A DNA stretch of 62,000 nucleotides from Callorhinchus milii (lineage: Eukaryota). The first letter of the stretch is position 1. Each line of letters starts with the position of its first letter. Made by a program: the position numbers and the translations under genes. The notes beneath the pieces were generated by a model. That model searched no databases. It was not told the DNA's origin and was given only the letters and a program-made list of their open reading frames with translations. Location of the stretch: NCBI RefSeq assembly GCF_018977255.1, contig NW_024704742.1:992001-1054000 (forward strand). Reading direction: 5' to 3'. This document shows positions 50,400-62,000 of this stretch, in pieces.

Positions 50400-50670
50400 T
50401 GCTCTGCATCAGGCGTTGCTAAATGCTGGGCAATGCTATTTGCTCTGTAGTGTGGTAAGTGACTCGCTATGCAGTGCTGTCGTCAATACCCGGTGCTATG
50501 TACTAACGTAGCGTAATGGATTGGATATTGTTGGGTAGTGGCATGTACTATGGTAACTTGTGCTTTGAGCTGTGCGGTTGCATGCTTTGCTGTGTGATGT
50601 GTAGCAATGCACTAGATGGTATTATGTGCTGGTTAGTGTTACGCTTCACGTCGTACTGCGTGCGGTGTAG
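50400..50670. repeat. Highly decayed ~5-bp-period simple repeat (TG/GC-rich)
   Basis: Recurrent TGCTA/TGTGC/TGCTG pentamers, which explain the Cys-rich ORF at 50516-50752. Confidence 0.5.
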
Positions 50671-51574
50671 AGAACACACCAAGGAGTCTCTCGACATGTC
50701 AGACTCCCGGCTGCCAAAAAAAAATTCTAACCCTCCTTTGATTCAGGGGTAACTCACAATATGCCTGTGTATGTTGGAAATTGTCCCGCTGAATGCCGAA
50801 AGTAATCCAACGGATCTTTCACGCGGTTAATAGTCTACACGTTCATTTATTTATCATTTTCCTTCTCTGTTTAGGAGCTGAAGTCGTCACGCAGCTTGCA
50901 TTCTATCTTGGTCACAGGTGCCCTCTGCGCCTAAAGTGGAGGAGTTCAAAGTTACGTTGTTGGATTGTGGCAACTGTTACCCAAAGCTCTTTGAAGAGAA
51001 AGGCGAGTGAAATTGGAAAGGGTTCAGAGTTGTTTCGATTGTTTTTCCCATCCCTGTTCAGAAGCGCATCCAAACTGTTCTGCAAGACTTCAGATCTGCT
51101 GGTGACCCAACCAATGAAACTGAGGAAGGAGGATTGCAGCTCTCACAGTAAAACACCTGCTGTGAATATAAGGCAGGGATTGATTGATATGATGCTTAGC
51201 CATAAGGGTATTTGCAATAGCAAAGGTGTTTTTATAAAAAATAAATTGCCGACGCAAACGGAACGGGGCTGTTTTGATTTGATTCAGATGATAATAATAA
51301 TAATAATAATTCTTGCATTTGATATAGCGCTTTTCACGTCGGGAGGACGTCCCAAAGCGCTTAAATGATGCCTTTCATAAAGCCTTATAAGGGGAGAATG
51401 CCAAAACCAAACGTGCGTTGAGTTAATTGGAGTAAAATACTGCAGCCTGTACTGCAATCCTAGTGAAAATTCTTATTTTTCCACTGTTAAATTTTATTTT
51501 ACAGCATCATGAAAACCTGAATGGATCTTCACAATAGATCCGCACGGTAATCCAACAGAAGTGATAGGGAGAGG

Positions 51575-51747
51575 AACGAGATCAAGAAGCGTACAATGGT
51601 TGATGTCGAAGGCAGCAGAGAACTTGAGGAAGACAAGGAAACACTGGGAGCCATTGTTGCAGAGAGAGAGAGAGAGTACGTCATTTGTGACTTTGACGAG
51701 GCCTGTCTCTGTGCTGTTGGCAGCCTGAAATCGGACTGGAGGGGCTC
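51575..51747 (-). mobile_element. L2 LINE reverse-transcriptase fragment (pseudogenised)
   Basis: The reverse strand reads EPLQSDFR / ANSTETGLVKVTNDVL / CNNGSQCFLVFLKFSAAFDINHCTLLD, matching the L2 QSGFR..HSTETAL.KVTND..LDLSAAFDTVDH motif. Confidence 0.9.
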
Positions 51748-51824
51748 GTGAAAAGAGAGTGAAGCTGTGTATTAATAACAGGTTCAGAGCTTTGGATAAA
51801 CAGATAGACTGGGACCGAAAATGT

Positions 51825-52125
51825 CGAAACGTTTCAAAGAATTTACAGATAATTCCTCTGGCGTGTTGTTATGACTTTTACGGCCAAATGCAGCAGTCGC
51901 TTGTGCCAGAAAGATCCTTCGAGCAGCCATAAAGTGAATGATCAATTTATCTGGGGGACTATTGGCTAGGATTTGGAAGACGTCACCCTTCTCTTTTTGA
52001 ATTATGTCATTGGACCTTTAATATTCACCTGAACTGGCAGAAGCCGGGTTCAGCATCTCATCTGAAAAATGATCCATGTGATAATGCAGTGCTCCCTTGG
52101 TGCTGTGATGGTGTATCAGCCGAGT
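51825..52125 (-). mobile_element. Deu-domain SINE (family B), degraded
   Basis: TTTAATATTCACCTGAACTGGCAGA...CATCTCATCTGAA...AATGCAGTGCTCCC. Confidence 0.7.
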
Positions 52126-52694
52126 CTGAAGGGACACTTTGCCTTTCAAAACAATATGAAACTGTGCTGGGAATGCATGGTGTCATCTATACATTGAAAT
52201 TCTTGCATTCTAAGCTGCTTAGAACTGGGAAAAGCTGCAAGTTAACCTGATGCAGTTGAAAATCAGACCGCGTGTAGTTTGATATCAAAGAACTAGAACG
52301 GTGCTAATTCAGGAAGTTTTGAGTTCCAATTTCAGCTTCGGTCTGGTAGCAGAAATAGCCCAGTGGGCCTAATGAACTGAGGAGAAAATAAGAAGTGTGC
52401 CTTTGTCTGGCTTTCCAGGCTTACCCATCAGGTTTCTAAGAAAAGAAGGATTTACTATCCAGATGCAGTAATATTTCTCCATCTGTTTGTAATGGATTGG
52501 TGGGGGGGGGGGGGGGGGGGGGGTGAGGTGGGGGAGTGTGGAAAGGGGGCCAAAGGCAAACTTTATTCTGAAAGAAGAATCATGTTATTAAAAGGCTCGG
52601 ATAACTAAACCGTTGGTCCTACAAGGAGAGCATTTGCATTTAGAAAGGTTGTGGCTGTTGAATATAGTCATATAGAAAAAGGTGCAAATCAAAA

Positions 52695-53045
52695 AAGAAC
52701 AACCTGTATAAAAATATATACAGCACCTTCATGCCGGTAGTGTCTCGGGGCGTTTAGCAATGGAGCTTTTTGACGCCGAGCAGGGAGAGAAGGGGGAGAT
52801 GACCGTAGGCACGGACGAAGACGACGGTTTCCAGGTGTGCACTGAAGACAGGCAAGGAGACAAGGCAGAGGGATTGAGGCAGAATTCCAGAGTTTCGAGG
52901 CACAGTGGCTGAAACCATGGCCACCAATGATGGAGCGGAAGGACATGCAGGAGGCTGGAGCCAGCCGAGCGAAGGCGGCAGGTCGTGGAGTGGGGAGAAA
53001 GCACAGTAGAGAGGTGCCAGGACATGAAGTGATTTGTACACGAGT
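52695..53045 (-). mobile_element. L2 LINE 3' end
   Basis: LLVYKSLHVLAPLY and SIIGGHGFSHCASKLWNS in adjacent frames of the ORF track. Confidence 0.9.
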
Positions 53046-54132
53046 AATCGGGGAGCCATTAGGCCCTGGTGAGCACTGGAGTGATGGGGCTATGGACTTT
53101 TGGTCCTGTTAAGCACTTTGGCAATGGAGTTTTGAATTATTTGGATAGATTGAAAAAATAAACCCATCAACCATGGCTCAGAAGCTGTTCCATTGTATAC
53201 ATGAAGACACGACATTGTCACACTGCAAAGCCTATGATGGAAACTACAATCCACACTTGTTATCCGATGGATTACCCAAGCATGTTAAATCCTGACTTAG
53301 ATAACAATTATTTTGGTTGTTTGAGACAGTTAAGAGTGATAGTAATTGCCCTTATCTTAAAGCTTGCCATTGGGAACCTGTTTAATTATAGTTTCTTTTT
53401 AACGCTTCGAGGTTGCTTTTCTCTCAATCTATCTGATGCTGAGGCCGGGGGCTTTCTTACAGCTGTCAATTATCACATTCTTCTTCATTTTCCGCTTGTG
53501 CATTTTCCCACTAGAAATACAAACTTGTCCATATCTAAGCTGAATAAAGGTTACATCAATCTAATCCTTCAATAACTCAAATTAAGCTGTTCTGAAATGC
53601 TGAGTTCTCTCTCAGAACCACTTTTGCCAAAATATCATACAAAATTGGTCACTTAAAATCATAAGTAATAGCTACATTACATGCACACTGAGAGTGGATT
53701 TTGCTTTTTCTGTCTGCCCTGGATTTAAAATTTGTAAAATAAATCTCTTAACATTAATGCTTAGTTTCTGTGTCTACTGTATGATATTTAAGATATTTAA
53801 AATCAGAAATGTAAAACCTCACTGTGAAGACTGTTAAAAACAAAATGCTGAGAAGTTACCACATGCAAAATTTTAGAAAAACTACCACTCATTCTTAACT
53901 TGGGAGCCAAATTTCCACGGTTCCAAAAAGAACCACAGAAAAATCTGCTTCCAAATTCTCACTTGAATTTAAGATGGATTTCCGACATTCCAAAGAATCC
54001 TAAAATGTCGAGAGAATGGTCTTAAAGTGAAGGGCTTCAGACATTTTTGGATTCAAGCCCCGCAGATAACTGTTGCCCATAGAGGTCTTCTGAAGAATTC
54101 CAAAATAATAGAGGATTGGATCTTATATTGGT

Positions 54133-54530
54133 ATCAGCCCGGCTCAGCCTCTGAGTCAGAGGATTACGGGGACTGCAAACTCACAGGATCGGCAGACACT
54201 CAGATCTAGCACTGGATGAGGCTGTATTGTTGGAGGTGCTGTCCTTTGGATAAGATGTTCGACTGAAGTACAGTCTAACGATCAGGTGGACATTCAAGAT
54301 CCCATGGCACTGTACAAAAGGATAAGGAAATTTCTCCCTATGTCCTAACCAACAATTCCCTGGATAATACTGGTCATTTAGTTCATGGTTGTCTGTAGGG
54401 CATTGCTATTTGCAAACTGGTTGCCATGTTTGCCCACATGATACACAATCACTGCACTTTACATAAATCCTGTGAAGTGCTTTGACACGTCCCCCCGACA
54501 TAAAAAGTGTCACATGAAATTCAATAATCA
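54133..54530 (+). mobile_element. Near full-length Deu-domain SINE (family B)
   Basis: TCAGCCCGGCTCAG head, TGTTGGAGGTGCTGTCCTTTGGATAAGATGTT, CAGGTGGACATTCAAGATCCCATGGCACT and tail. Confidence 0.85.
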
Positions 54531-56202
54531 ACCAAACAACTACCATGATTAATTATCATAAGGCCTTGCTGATGGCCATATAGCCAATAGATATTAGATT
54601 GTTTGGTTAGTGCACAGGTTTGGTTCAGTTCAGTTCATGATCGTGTTAAAATATGCAAACCATCTGGTACTAATTCAGCACCAGAACGCACCTTAGATTC
54701 ATTAATTCACGGCTGCGTTTCAATTGTGAATTTGTTTTTATTGTATTTAAAGTTTGTGGATTTCATATTGATTCTGTAATAATAACAATTGTGTGATTGC
54801 GAAAACACCTTATCATGTTGAAACACCACAAGGAGGTTGTTGTAAAGTGTAGTGACCGTATATCTCTGGACAAAATCCCAGCAAAACCATTATAAGGCAT
54901 CAAATATGAATGGGAAGCGTCTGAAAGATCTCCATTCTCTTCTCGCGGTGTCTCCAGGGATCAAGATAATTGACCGAACACACTGGAAAGGTGGAAAGTA
55001 ACTGCTGTCTAATAATTTTGTCTTTTTTTAAACAAAAATTGCGTTTCGAGGTGTAATAAGAGGCTTGTCGTGATGGTTTGGAACTTTGGAATAACGTCAA
55101 ATAGTTTAGCAAACTATTGTTGACAGTTTCGAAAATTAAACTCCAAGCCCAATGACACTCACATCAATCACACCAGGTTTGATTGATCTCAGATCCTTAA
55201 AGCTAGGAATGTTTATTTTCAAAACAAACATTTAGACGTGCTGCACACGTTTGAATCATAGTTTGATGCCAAAACCTACAGGCTTAAAATGGCTCCTTAG
55301 TCTTGCCTTCAGCTGCTGGGTGGATATTTTTATAGAAAGCTGATCTTTAATGAAAATGCATCACTGGGTCCATTCCTCTATAGTAAGTGAAGCCACATTA
55401 CTCTTTATGTTAATTTTGCGAACACTTGTTTGACTGAAGTAAGGTGCCAAAGTAAATCCCTGTCCTGGTCCTTGACTGCAGAGAATTTCATAGCCAGCGC
55501 TGTTTCAAGTTTGCTCAGGCTAAATGCCAATGAATGGGAGGACACTGGAGGAATTTTGTACTGAACATTGCTTTAGCAAAATTGGCACTGACTCATTGCT
55601 ACCCTAATCATTTCCCCGATTAAAAACTGCAAATTATTTTAAGCTCCAGTTGGGCTGTTTGTTTTTGAGAAGGCGAAGGCAGGTACTCAGAAAGTAAATC
55701 ACTGTGAGTTGGCAGTTCCCCCACACACCCTGCACCCACCTCCTTCCCAAGCTTAGAATTAGAGAGATTTCAGCATAGAAGGAAGCTCTTGTGCTTGTGC
55801 CATCCTGACTCTCCTCTGGAGCTATCTACTCTGCTTGTTTGACCCCAGCGTAGAAAACGCACCGCAGTCACTTAGATATTTCTTGGCTTGTAATGCTAGC
55901 AAAGCAAAGCCCTTGGGTAAACCACTGCGAATCCCCCAGTGTGTTCCAGAGGTCAGAGAGTCCACCAGCATCAGCTTCATCTTACCTACTGGGTGAAGCC
56001 CACAAGTAATCAGCGGAAAAGGAGCAACCTGGTCCACATCAGACTCTTCAAATAGGGGACTTTGGATGTGCTTATTGCATAAAATGGACCAGTTTGATCG
56101 TTTGCATTCTTTAAACTACGTTTTTATGCCAGATAAAACATTAGGAAACCCTACTTTCACCGGCTGCACAGCAGAGCAAAACAAATGCAAATGTGATATG
56201 CT

Positions 56203-56352
56203 AATTATTATTATTCGATACAGCGCCTTATCACACCATTGAGACGTCCCAAAGCGCTTCACAGAATATATCGTAAAGTGAATCGACTGTTTATTTTGTG
56301 GGCGAATCTCAGCAGCCAATTGTGCACAACAGCGTTCCCACACACAGTCAAT
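56203..56352 (-). mobile_element. SINE family A 3' part
   Basis: GCGCCTTATCAC...GAGACGTCCCAAAGCGCTTCACAGAATATA. Confidence 0.85.
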
Positions 56353-56654
56353 TATCGCAATGAAGAATATTCAGGTTTTAGACATAATCCCAGTCAATAA
56401 ACGCCATGGGAGAACCCTCCCACCCCAACTATATTAAATCACTACTATATCCAGCTCCTATAGCTACTGAGCTTGTCACTGGTGCATTTTTAAACCTTCT
56501 GCCACCCAAATCCAGTGCCAGTTTGGGGAAATGTAAAAGTTGAGTTTTAAACCACCTTTGAGGGAAACCTTCTTCTTAATGAAGGTAGTGACACGTGTGA
56601 GGTGTCTTCAACCCTCTCCTAGGTAGTTCTCTGCTGGGGTATCTCCATGAGCTG

Positions 56655-56740
56655 AATAATAATAATAATCCTTGCATTTGATATAGTGCCTTATCATGCT
56701 GTTGAGACATCTCAAAGTGCTTCACAGAATATACTGTCAA
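56655..56740 (-). mobile_element. SINE family A tail
   Basis: (AAT)n-CCTTGCATTTGATATAGTGCCTTATCA. Confidence 0.85.
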
Positions 56741-57737
56741 GTATATTACTATATATACCATGTATTGACTATACATTTTGTTACCATTTGGTGATTTTTA
56801 ACATTGCTAATCTGGTCCTGAGATTGCTTGCTTACTTCTTTATTGATATAGACAGCAGCTACAATTAAAATAAACTCTTCCTTTCGGATGCCATGTACTC
56901 AAGCCCCTCGTTGTCGGTTGGATGGTAAAGGTGGCACAGTAAAATCCAAATATCTGTAAACTTCCTGAATCTCAAAGATTAACGATAATCGTGTAAAACC
57001 TCCCATACATAATTATCCATCCCTGCTTTTCCATCCTATGCTTGACCCGTAGAAAAACGTGTGTGGTACCGTGCAGTTACAAAAAACTTGCAATACAATA
57101 ACGGCTTTCATGCAGAATGCACATGCTGAAGTCATTCATAGAGACTGCAAGGAGGAGAGGAAGGAGATAAAGGGTGTTAAGCAAGGCACGGTCAAAGGGA
57201 GAAATGTACCGTGTGCTGTTTCCCTTACCAAAGTAGGCCGGAGGGTGGTGGTGGGGAGTTGTTGAATGCAACCAGATCAAAGTAGACAGGAATGCAAGTA
57301 AAACTAAAACTCTTCAGTATCTACGGATTCCTTGTTTCCTGAGGAACAAGAATGTGTGTTGAGTTTTGCTAGTGTAGCATGTCTGGGCAAAAACTGACAG
57401 CTGTCAAGAGAATCCTTTGATACGATTTTTGTAGAAGTTTAATTGTAGAACCAAAGGTTGCAGCTCCGTACGGCAAAAGTATGCAAGGTTAATCTCTACA
57501 AAATGATTGCGTTAATTGCTATGTTCCTTTAGAGAGGAATTTTAACTCGTACTGGCTTTAGGTTGTTGCCTTTGTAAAGTTGTATGTATGGTATGTGCAT
57601 GAGGGGAAATCCATTTTTCAGTGCTAATGACTGTATAAAATAGTAACTAAATAGGACTCTCACTTGGAATATCTGAAGAAAATAACTTGCATTTATTATA
57701 GGCCCTATAAAGAGTGCTTTACAGATGGTGCCAGACA

Positions 57738-58040
57738 CTGATATAGAGTCTTATCACGTGGTTGAGACATCCCAAAGCACTTCACAGGATATACTGTAAA
57801 GTGGATTGACTCTGTATTTTGTGGGCAAAACGTGGCAGATAATTGCACACAACAAATAGCCATGGAGTGAGTGACCAATTCTATTTTTGAGGGTTGTTGG
57901 CCAGGACTCACTGGCCAACACATACCATGCATACGACTTCGGAAAGAGAAGGGAGAGAAACTACCATGGGAGCTTTAACGTCCACCTGAACAAGCAGACG
58001 GGGGCTGGTTTTAATGTCTCATCCGAAGGGCGGTATTCAA
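57738..58040 (-). mobile_element. Deu-core SINE carrying a family A-type tail
   Basis: The tail segment GGATATACTGTAAAGTGGATTGACT (family A style) is contiguous with the Deu core TTTAACGTCCACCTGAACAAGCAGACGGGG. Confidence 0.8.
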
Positions 58041-58954
58041 GAGGGGGCGTTCTACCACAAATGGTTGGCTGGAGGGGGTGGTGAACATGCAGCAAGCTGG
58101 TTTGACGAGCAGAAGGGTGAAGCTGGAAAAAATCAGAGTTAGAGAGGTGCATATTATGCAAGAAATAAAAGGGAGAGAACTTGCATTTTTCACTCGGGGA
58201 ATAGAAGCTCATAAGAACATAAAAGCCTGAAAATAGAAAAGCCCCTTTGGCTCATCGAACCCATACCTTCCACTATCTTAGTAAAATAACTTATTAAAAA
58301 TTGTAATGTCTAGCTTAACAACAAGAACGGTCAGAACGGAGGGGCTATTTTTGTAGTCATTTTACACCAGGAAACAATGGCTAATTAAAAAAAAGGAGGA
58401 ATGAACATCGTCTTGGTGATGAACAATGCGACTTTGATGATATGTGCTTAGAATGGGAATAGTACTTGGACTTAGCAGCGAGAAGACCGGTTTAATTCAG
58501 TTTGTATTCCGGTGCTAGACTAACATTGAAGTTATTTGACAATGGTGTTAGGATGACAGTGAATGCGCCTGAAATAAGGCATCAGAAGTTATTCTGGAGA
58601 GAATAATGACAGTAATGGAGAATAACTGCTTGTGATGAAATAGTGCAAGAGGTTCCAATGCATTCAGATTATGATGTTTCTTTATTTCTCATCCAATTCA
58701 CTGTGGAGAAGGGGATCCAATCTATATTCATTGCTGCAAACAGCAATCTTTTATCTACGGCTTTTGAACAATCCTGCCCTTCTTAAAATGTATTTGTAAT
58801 CGAAAAATACAGCCAGAACAATACTTTCGGTTATGCTAAGGCAGTAAGACAACAGGATCAGGGTTATGAGGGCCAATTTCAGGACAGCCACTATGAAGTA
58901 TTTATTTACACCAAAGGTAATTACCAACTGGAACAAGTAACCAGTGTGGGAAGT

Positions 58955-59325
58955 AATAATAATAATAATAATAATAATCCTAGCGTTTGATATAGTGCTT
59001 TATCACGACTTCGAGACGTCTCAAAGGGCTTCACAGAATATACTGTCAAATGAATTGACTGTATATTTTGTGAACGAAACACAGCAGCCGATTGCGCACA
59101 GCAGCGTCCCCACAAACAGTCGTGGATTGAGTGACCAAATGATATATTTATTTTTTTGAAAGGATTATTCCCCTGGGAAGCGATCCGCAATCGACGAACA
59201 ACCGGGTTCCTGCTTACTGCTTGGGAAACAGAGGCGTGGGGAGTAAGGAAACTTGCCTAAGGTTTCATCCTGCCCAGGAATCGAACCCGAGTCGCCTTGC
59301 TTGCGAGGCGAGTGCTCTAACCACA
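58955..59325 (-). mobile_element. Near full-length SINE family A
   Basis: Colinear with 43793-44155. The anticodon arm reads CTCGC-CTCGCAA-GCAAG on the minus strand. Confidence 0.92.
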
Positions 59326-59789
59326 TAGAGGTAGAGGTCAGTATTCACAATACTTATTCAAGAAACAGCTTGATGTTGTAATGGAAGGGCGGTAGGGTGT
59401 GTTTACTGGAAGAAATGAGATCAAATGAGCCGGAGGGCTTTCTTCATCTGAACCTCTCATGATCTTGTGAAATACAGTTAATATACGGCATGTAGGCTAG
59501 AGTTGCTGTGTTCCCCTGGGGAATGAATTGACAATGGTGTGTGTTCAGTAAAACATGACCTAACATTTTCGCTGATGCGTCTTGAGCATGTCATGACCAC
59601 AAATTGCTTCTATTTCTGGCAATCATTTTGTTTTTAGTTCTTTTCTAAAATATGCACAGGATCTCGCTCAGTAAGATCAAAGGAAACAATGAAAATTTCT
59701 CACAGTACAAAAGTCACTTGTGTGCAGATAGGCTGTCAGTACTCTAAAGAAAGCAAGTCAACAGGAGGGTTAAGAAGCCCTCAAAAAGA

Positions 59790-59961
59790 AATTGGGTCAC
59801 TTAATCCACGACTGTTTGTGGGACGGTGCTGTGCGCGATTGGATGCCGTGCTTCACCACCAAAATACACAGTCAATTCACTTTACAGTATATTCTGTGAA
59901 GCACTTTGAGACGTCTCAACGACGTGATAAGGCACTATATCAAATGCAAGGATTATTATTA
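59790..59961 (+). mobile_element. SINE family A 3' half
   Basis: GGTCACTTAATCCACGACTGTTTGTGGGAC...CAAATGCAAGGATTATTATT. Confidence 0.9.
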
Positions 59962-60214
59962 TACAGAGAAACTGATCAGTGCCTGAGAGTATACTACAAG
60001 TGTTCAACGTGCTTGAATGGGTTTGGGTCCAATCGTGACCCACAAAAACAAGATAGAATGATTTGAAACCAGAAAGCAGTTTTGATCACATTCCTAAACA
60101 TCTACGTTTTAAAAGAAAATGAAAAACTAATGGTTCGAAACATGCAGCCCTTATCTACAGCCTTGCAATCACTCCCATAATTGCACTCTACCTGTGGTTG
60201 AGTTCAAGGACGTT

Positions 60215-60480
60215 TATGACTGTGTGTCTTGTGGGCGAATGTGGCAGCTAATTTGGGTTGAATGTCCCACACACAGCACGAAGTGAATGATGAATCTCAT
60301 TTGGAAAATTGTCAGCCAGGACACCTTGAGAAGCTCTCTTCTCTTTCTGAGCAGTGCCACGGTATCTTTAACGTCACCTGAACATGCAGCCTAACCTCTT
60401 ATCCAAACGATGGCACCTCTAGCAATGCAACACCCCCCCCCCCCCCCCAGCACTTACATTGGAGCGTCAGCCCTGTCTAT
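60215..60480 (-). mobile_element. Deu-domain SINE (family B), degraded
   Basis: AGTGCCACGGTATCTTTAACGTCACCTGAACA...GATGGCACCTCTAGCAATGCAACAC. Confidence 0.75.
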
Positions 60481-60871
60481 ACGCGTGAAATGCATTGAAA
60501 CATTAAAAGAAAAGACGAGTTAGTTTGGTCAGTTACTTAAGTATCACTGTTGGGGAATGTTAGTCATATTCAATGTTATCAACACCTTATGAAATATCTC
60601 TTCCTCCCCAGCCAAAAATAAAAACTCCAGTGCTTTTTTTTTTACCTCTTGCAAGGATAAACACGCTGTTTTTGGACAGAATTCAAGAGCTTTAATTCAT
60701 AAAAGTGAAACAGACGAGCCATTTACATTGTGACAGCTGGCAGATACCCACACCGTCATGCCAGCACTGGCAATGTTTTCATTCAGCTCATGTACTGTCA
60801 CACAGAGAACTGGAAGTGCCCAAGCATGTAAGGAACATGTCAGATACACTGAATGCGATGACATGCCTTAC

Positions 60872-60996
60872 CTGAAGCGGAGTTACTTGTTCTTTCTTCA
60901 GTGGAAGGGTGCCAATGATGAAGAGGTTACATTGATGTAACCACGGGAGGCAAATAAGTGTACAGTGTTTTGAGTACTTTATGAGAACGCTTCTGC
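60872..60996 (-). other. Candidate 125-bp exon
   Basis: Minus strand CCTTGTTTTTATTTTCAG| ... CAG|GTAAGG. One frame is open but the peptide is not recognised. Confidence 0.27.
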
Positions 60997-61115
60997 CTGA
61001 AAATAAAAACAAGGCGAAGATTTATCTTTAGTTTACTTCAGTGCCGTATTTGTTTCACTCCACTGGAACATCAAGGTATGTTTTGTACTCGGAATCCTGT
61101 CTCCAAGGGTAACCT

Positions 61116-61211
61116 ATCCTTGTGTTTGGTATAACGCTTTATCATGTCGTCGAGACATCTCAAAGCGCCTCACAGGATACCCTGTAAAGTGGATTGACTG
61201 TATTTTGTGGG
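61116..61211 (-). mobile_element. SINE family A tail
   Basis: GAGACATCTCAAAGCGCCTCACAGGATACCCTGTAAAGTGGATTGACTG. Confidence 0.82.
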
Positions 61212-61639
61212 AGAGGTACTTCACTAGAACACCAATATGAGGACTCATTGAGGAGCAATGGGTTCTGTGCCAACTTTTTTCAATCTGGAATTTGGGTGGC
61301 AACCTGCCAAGATTTGCTGTTGCCCAACACATGGAGTATTATTGCCAGATTTCTGTAATTGGTATTAGCAGGTTACAAATGGGACTATCTGTACCAGCAG
61401 GGGGGAAAAGGCATGGCATTCAGCAATGTGCCATGCACTGCACCACCAACCTTTGAATGTGTCAACGGTGATTTGTGTTCATCCTCAATGCACCTACGAG
61501 TCATTGACTTGATTGCTGCGGTCTACCAGGGAGGAATAGCGGAATCTAGTGCTTGTAAGCCAGCTTGGCTCCGTCGATATTCCTCTTACTTCTGCGTCAG
61601 AAGGTTATGGGTTATGAGTTGAGCTTACAATCCATATTA

Positions 61640-61965
61640 ACAGTTCACTTCATGCCCTAGCTCCTCCGTGCCTCTCCAACCTGCTCGCTCACCACTTATC
61701 TAAAACCGCTCAGAAATTCTGCGTATCCCTTGACATCCCCACTTCAAAATCGACGGCTGTGCTTTTAGCCACTACGCTCCGAATCTCTGTGACTCCCTGC
61801 CTCAATTTCTCCACCTTGCCCCCTCTTTACCCATTTTCAGATCATTCCTGAAGACTTTCTTCTTTGACCGTGCCTACGGTCATCTCCCTTTTCTTCCCCG
61901 CCAGGCGTCAAAGTATACCATTGCTCAGCATGAAGGGTGCAAAATAAATGCAAGTTATGGCTGTT
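61640..61965 (+). mobile_element. L2 LINE 3' end
   Basis: SLHALAPPCLSNLL and IDGCAFSHYAPNLCDSLP remnants, plus GAAGACTTTCTTCTTTGACCGTGCCTACGGTCA. Confidence 0.85.
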
Positions 61966-62000
61966 GTTCACAATCCAATCTATCATTGGCATAGTGCCTG

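Noticed and set aside
50793..51368. Longest ORF (191 aa)
   Set aside because: It has no recognisable domain and its 3' end is an antisense SINE tail (IIIIII from (AAT)n).
52499..52550. Poly-G tract as a functional G-quadruplex
   Set aside because: Homopolymer C/G runs are frequent across the window and nothing suggests a function here.
1..62000. CRISPR array, operon or defence system
   Set aside because: This is eukaryotic repeat-rich DNA with no long ORFs and no repeat-spacer architecture.

Overview
This is 62 kb of AT-rich vertebrate non-coding DNA, either a gene desert or a very large intron. The repeat content (tRNA-Ala-headed SINEs with L2-type tails, Deu-domain SINEs, several CR1 and L2 LINE fragments, a Penelope-like end) points to a cartilaginous fish, most likely a chimaera such as Callorhinchus; this assignment is inference. 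I recognise no host protein-coding gene, real tRNA, rRNA, miRNA or CRISPR array. The ORF track is noise or decayed LINE/SINE sequence. The only recognisable peptides are frameshifted CR1 and L2 ORF2 remnants. The most notable observations are an 80-bp inverted duplication fused to an L2-type tail, a palindromic MITE with a candidate 3-bp target-site duplication, an unclassified ~245-bp repeat family, two SINE families sharing one 3' module, a few enhancer-like blocks, and some candidate exons of an unknown transcript. The sequence alone does not support a new multi-gene biological system. Repeat boundaries were read by eye and are approximate (about +/-10-20 bp).
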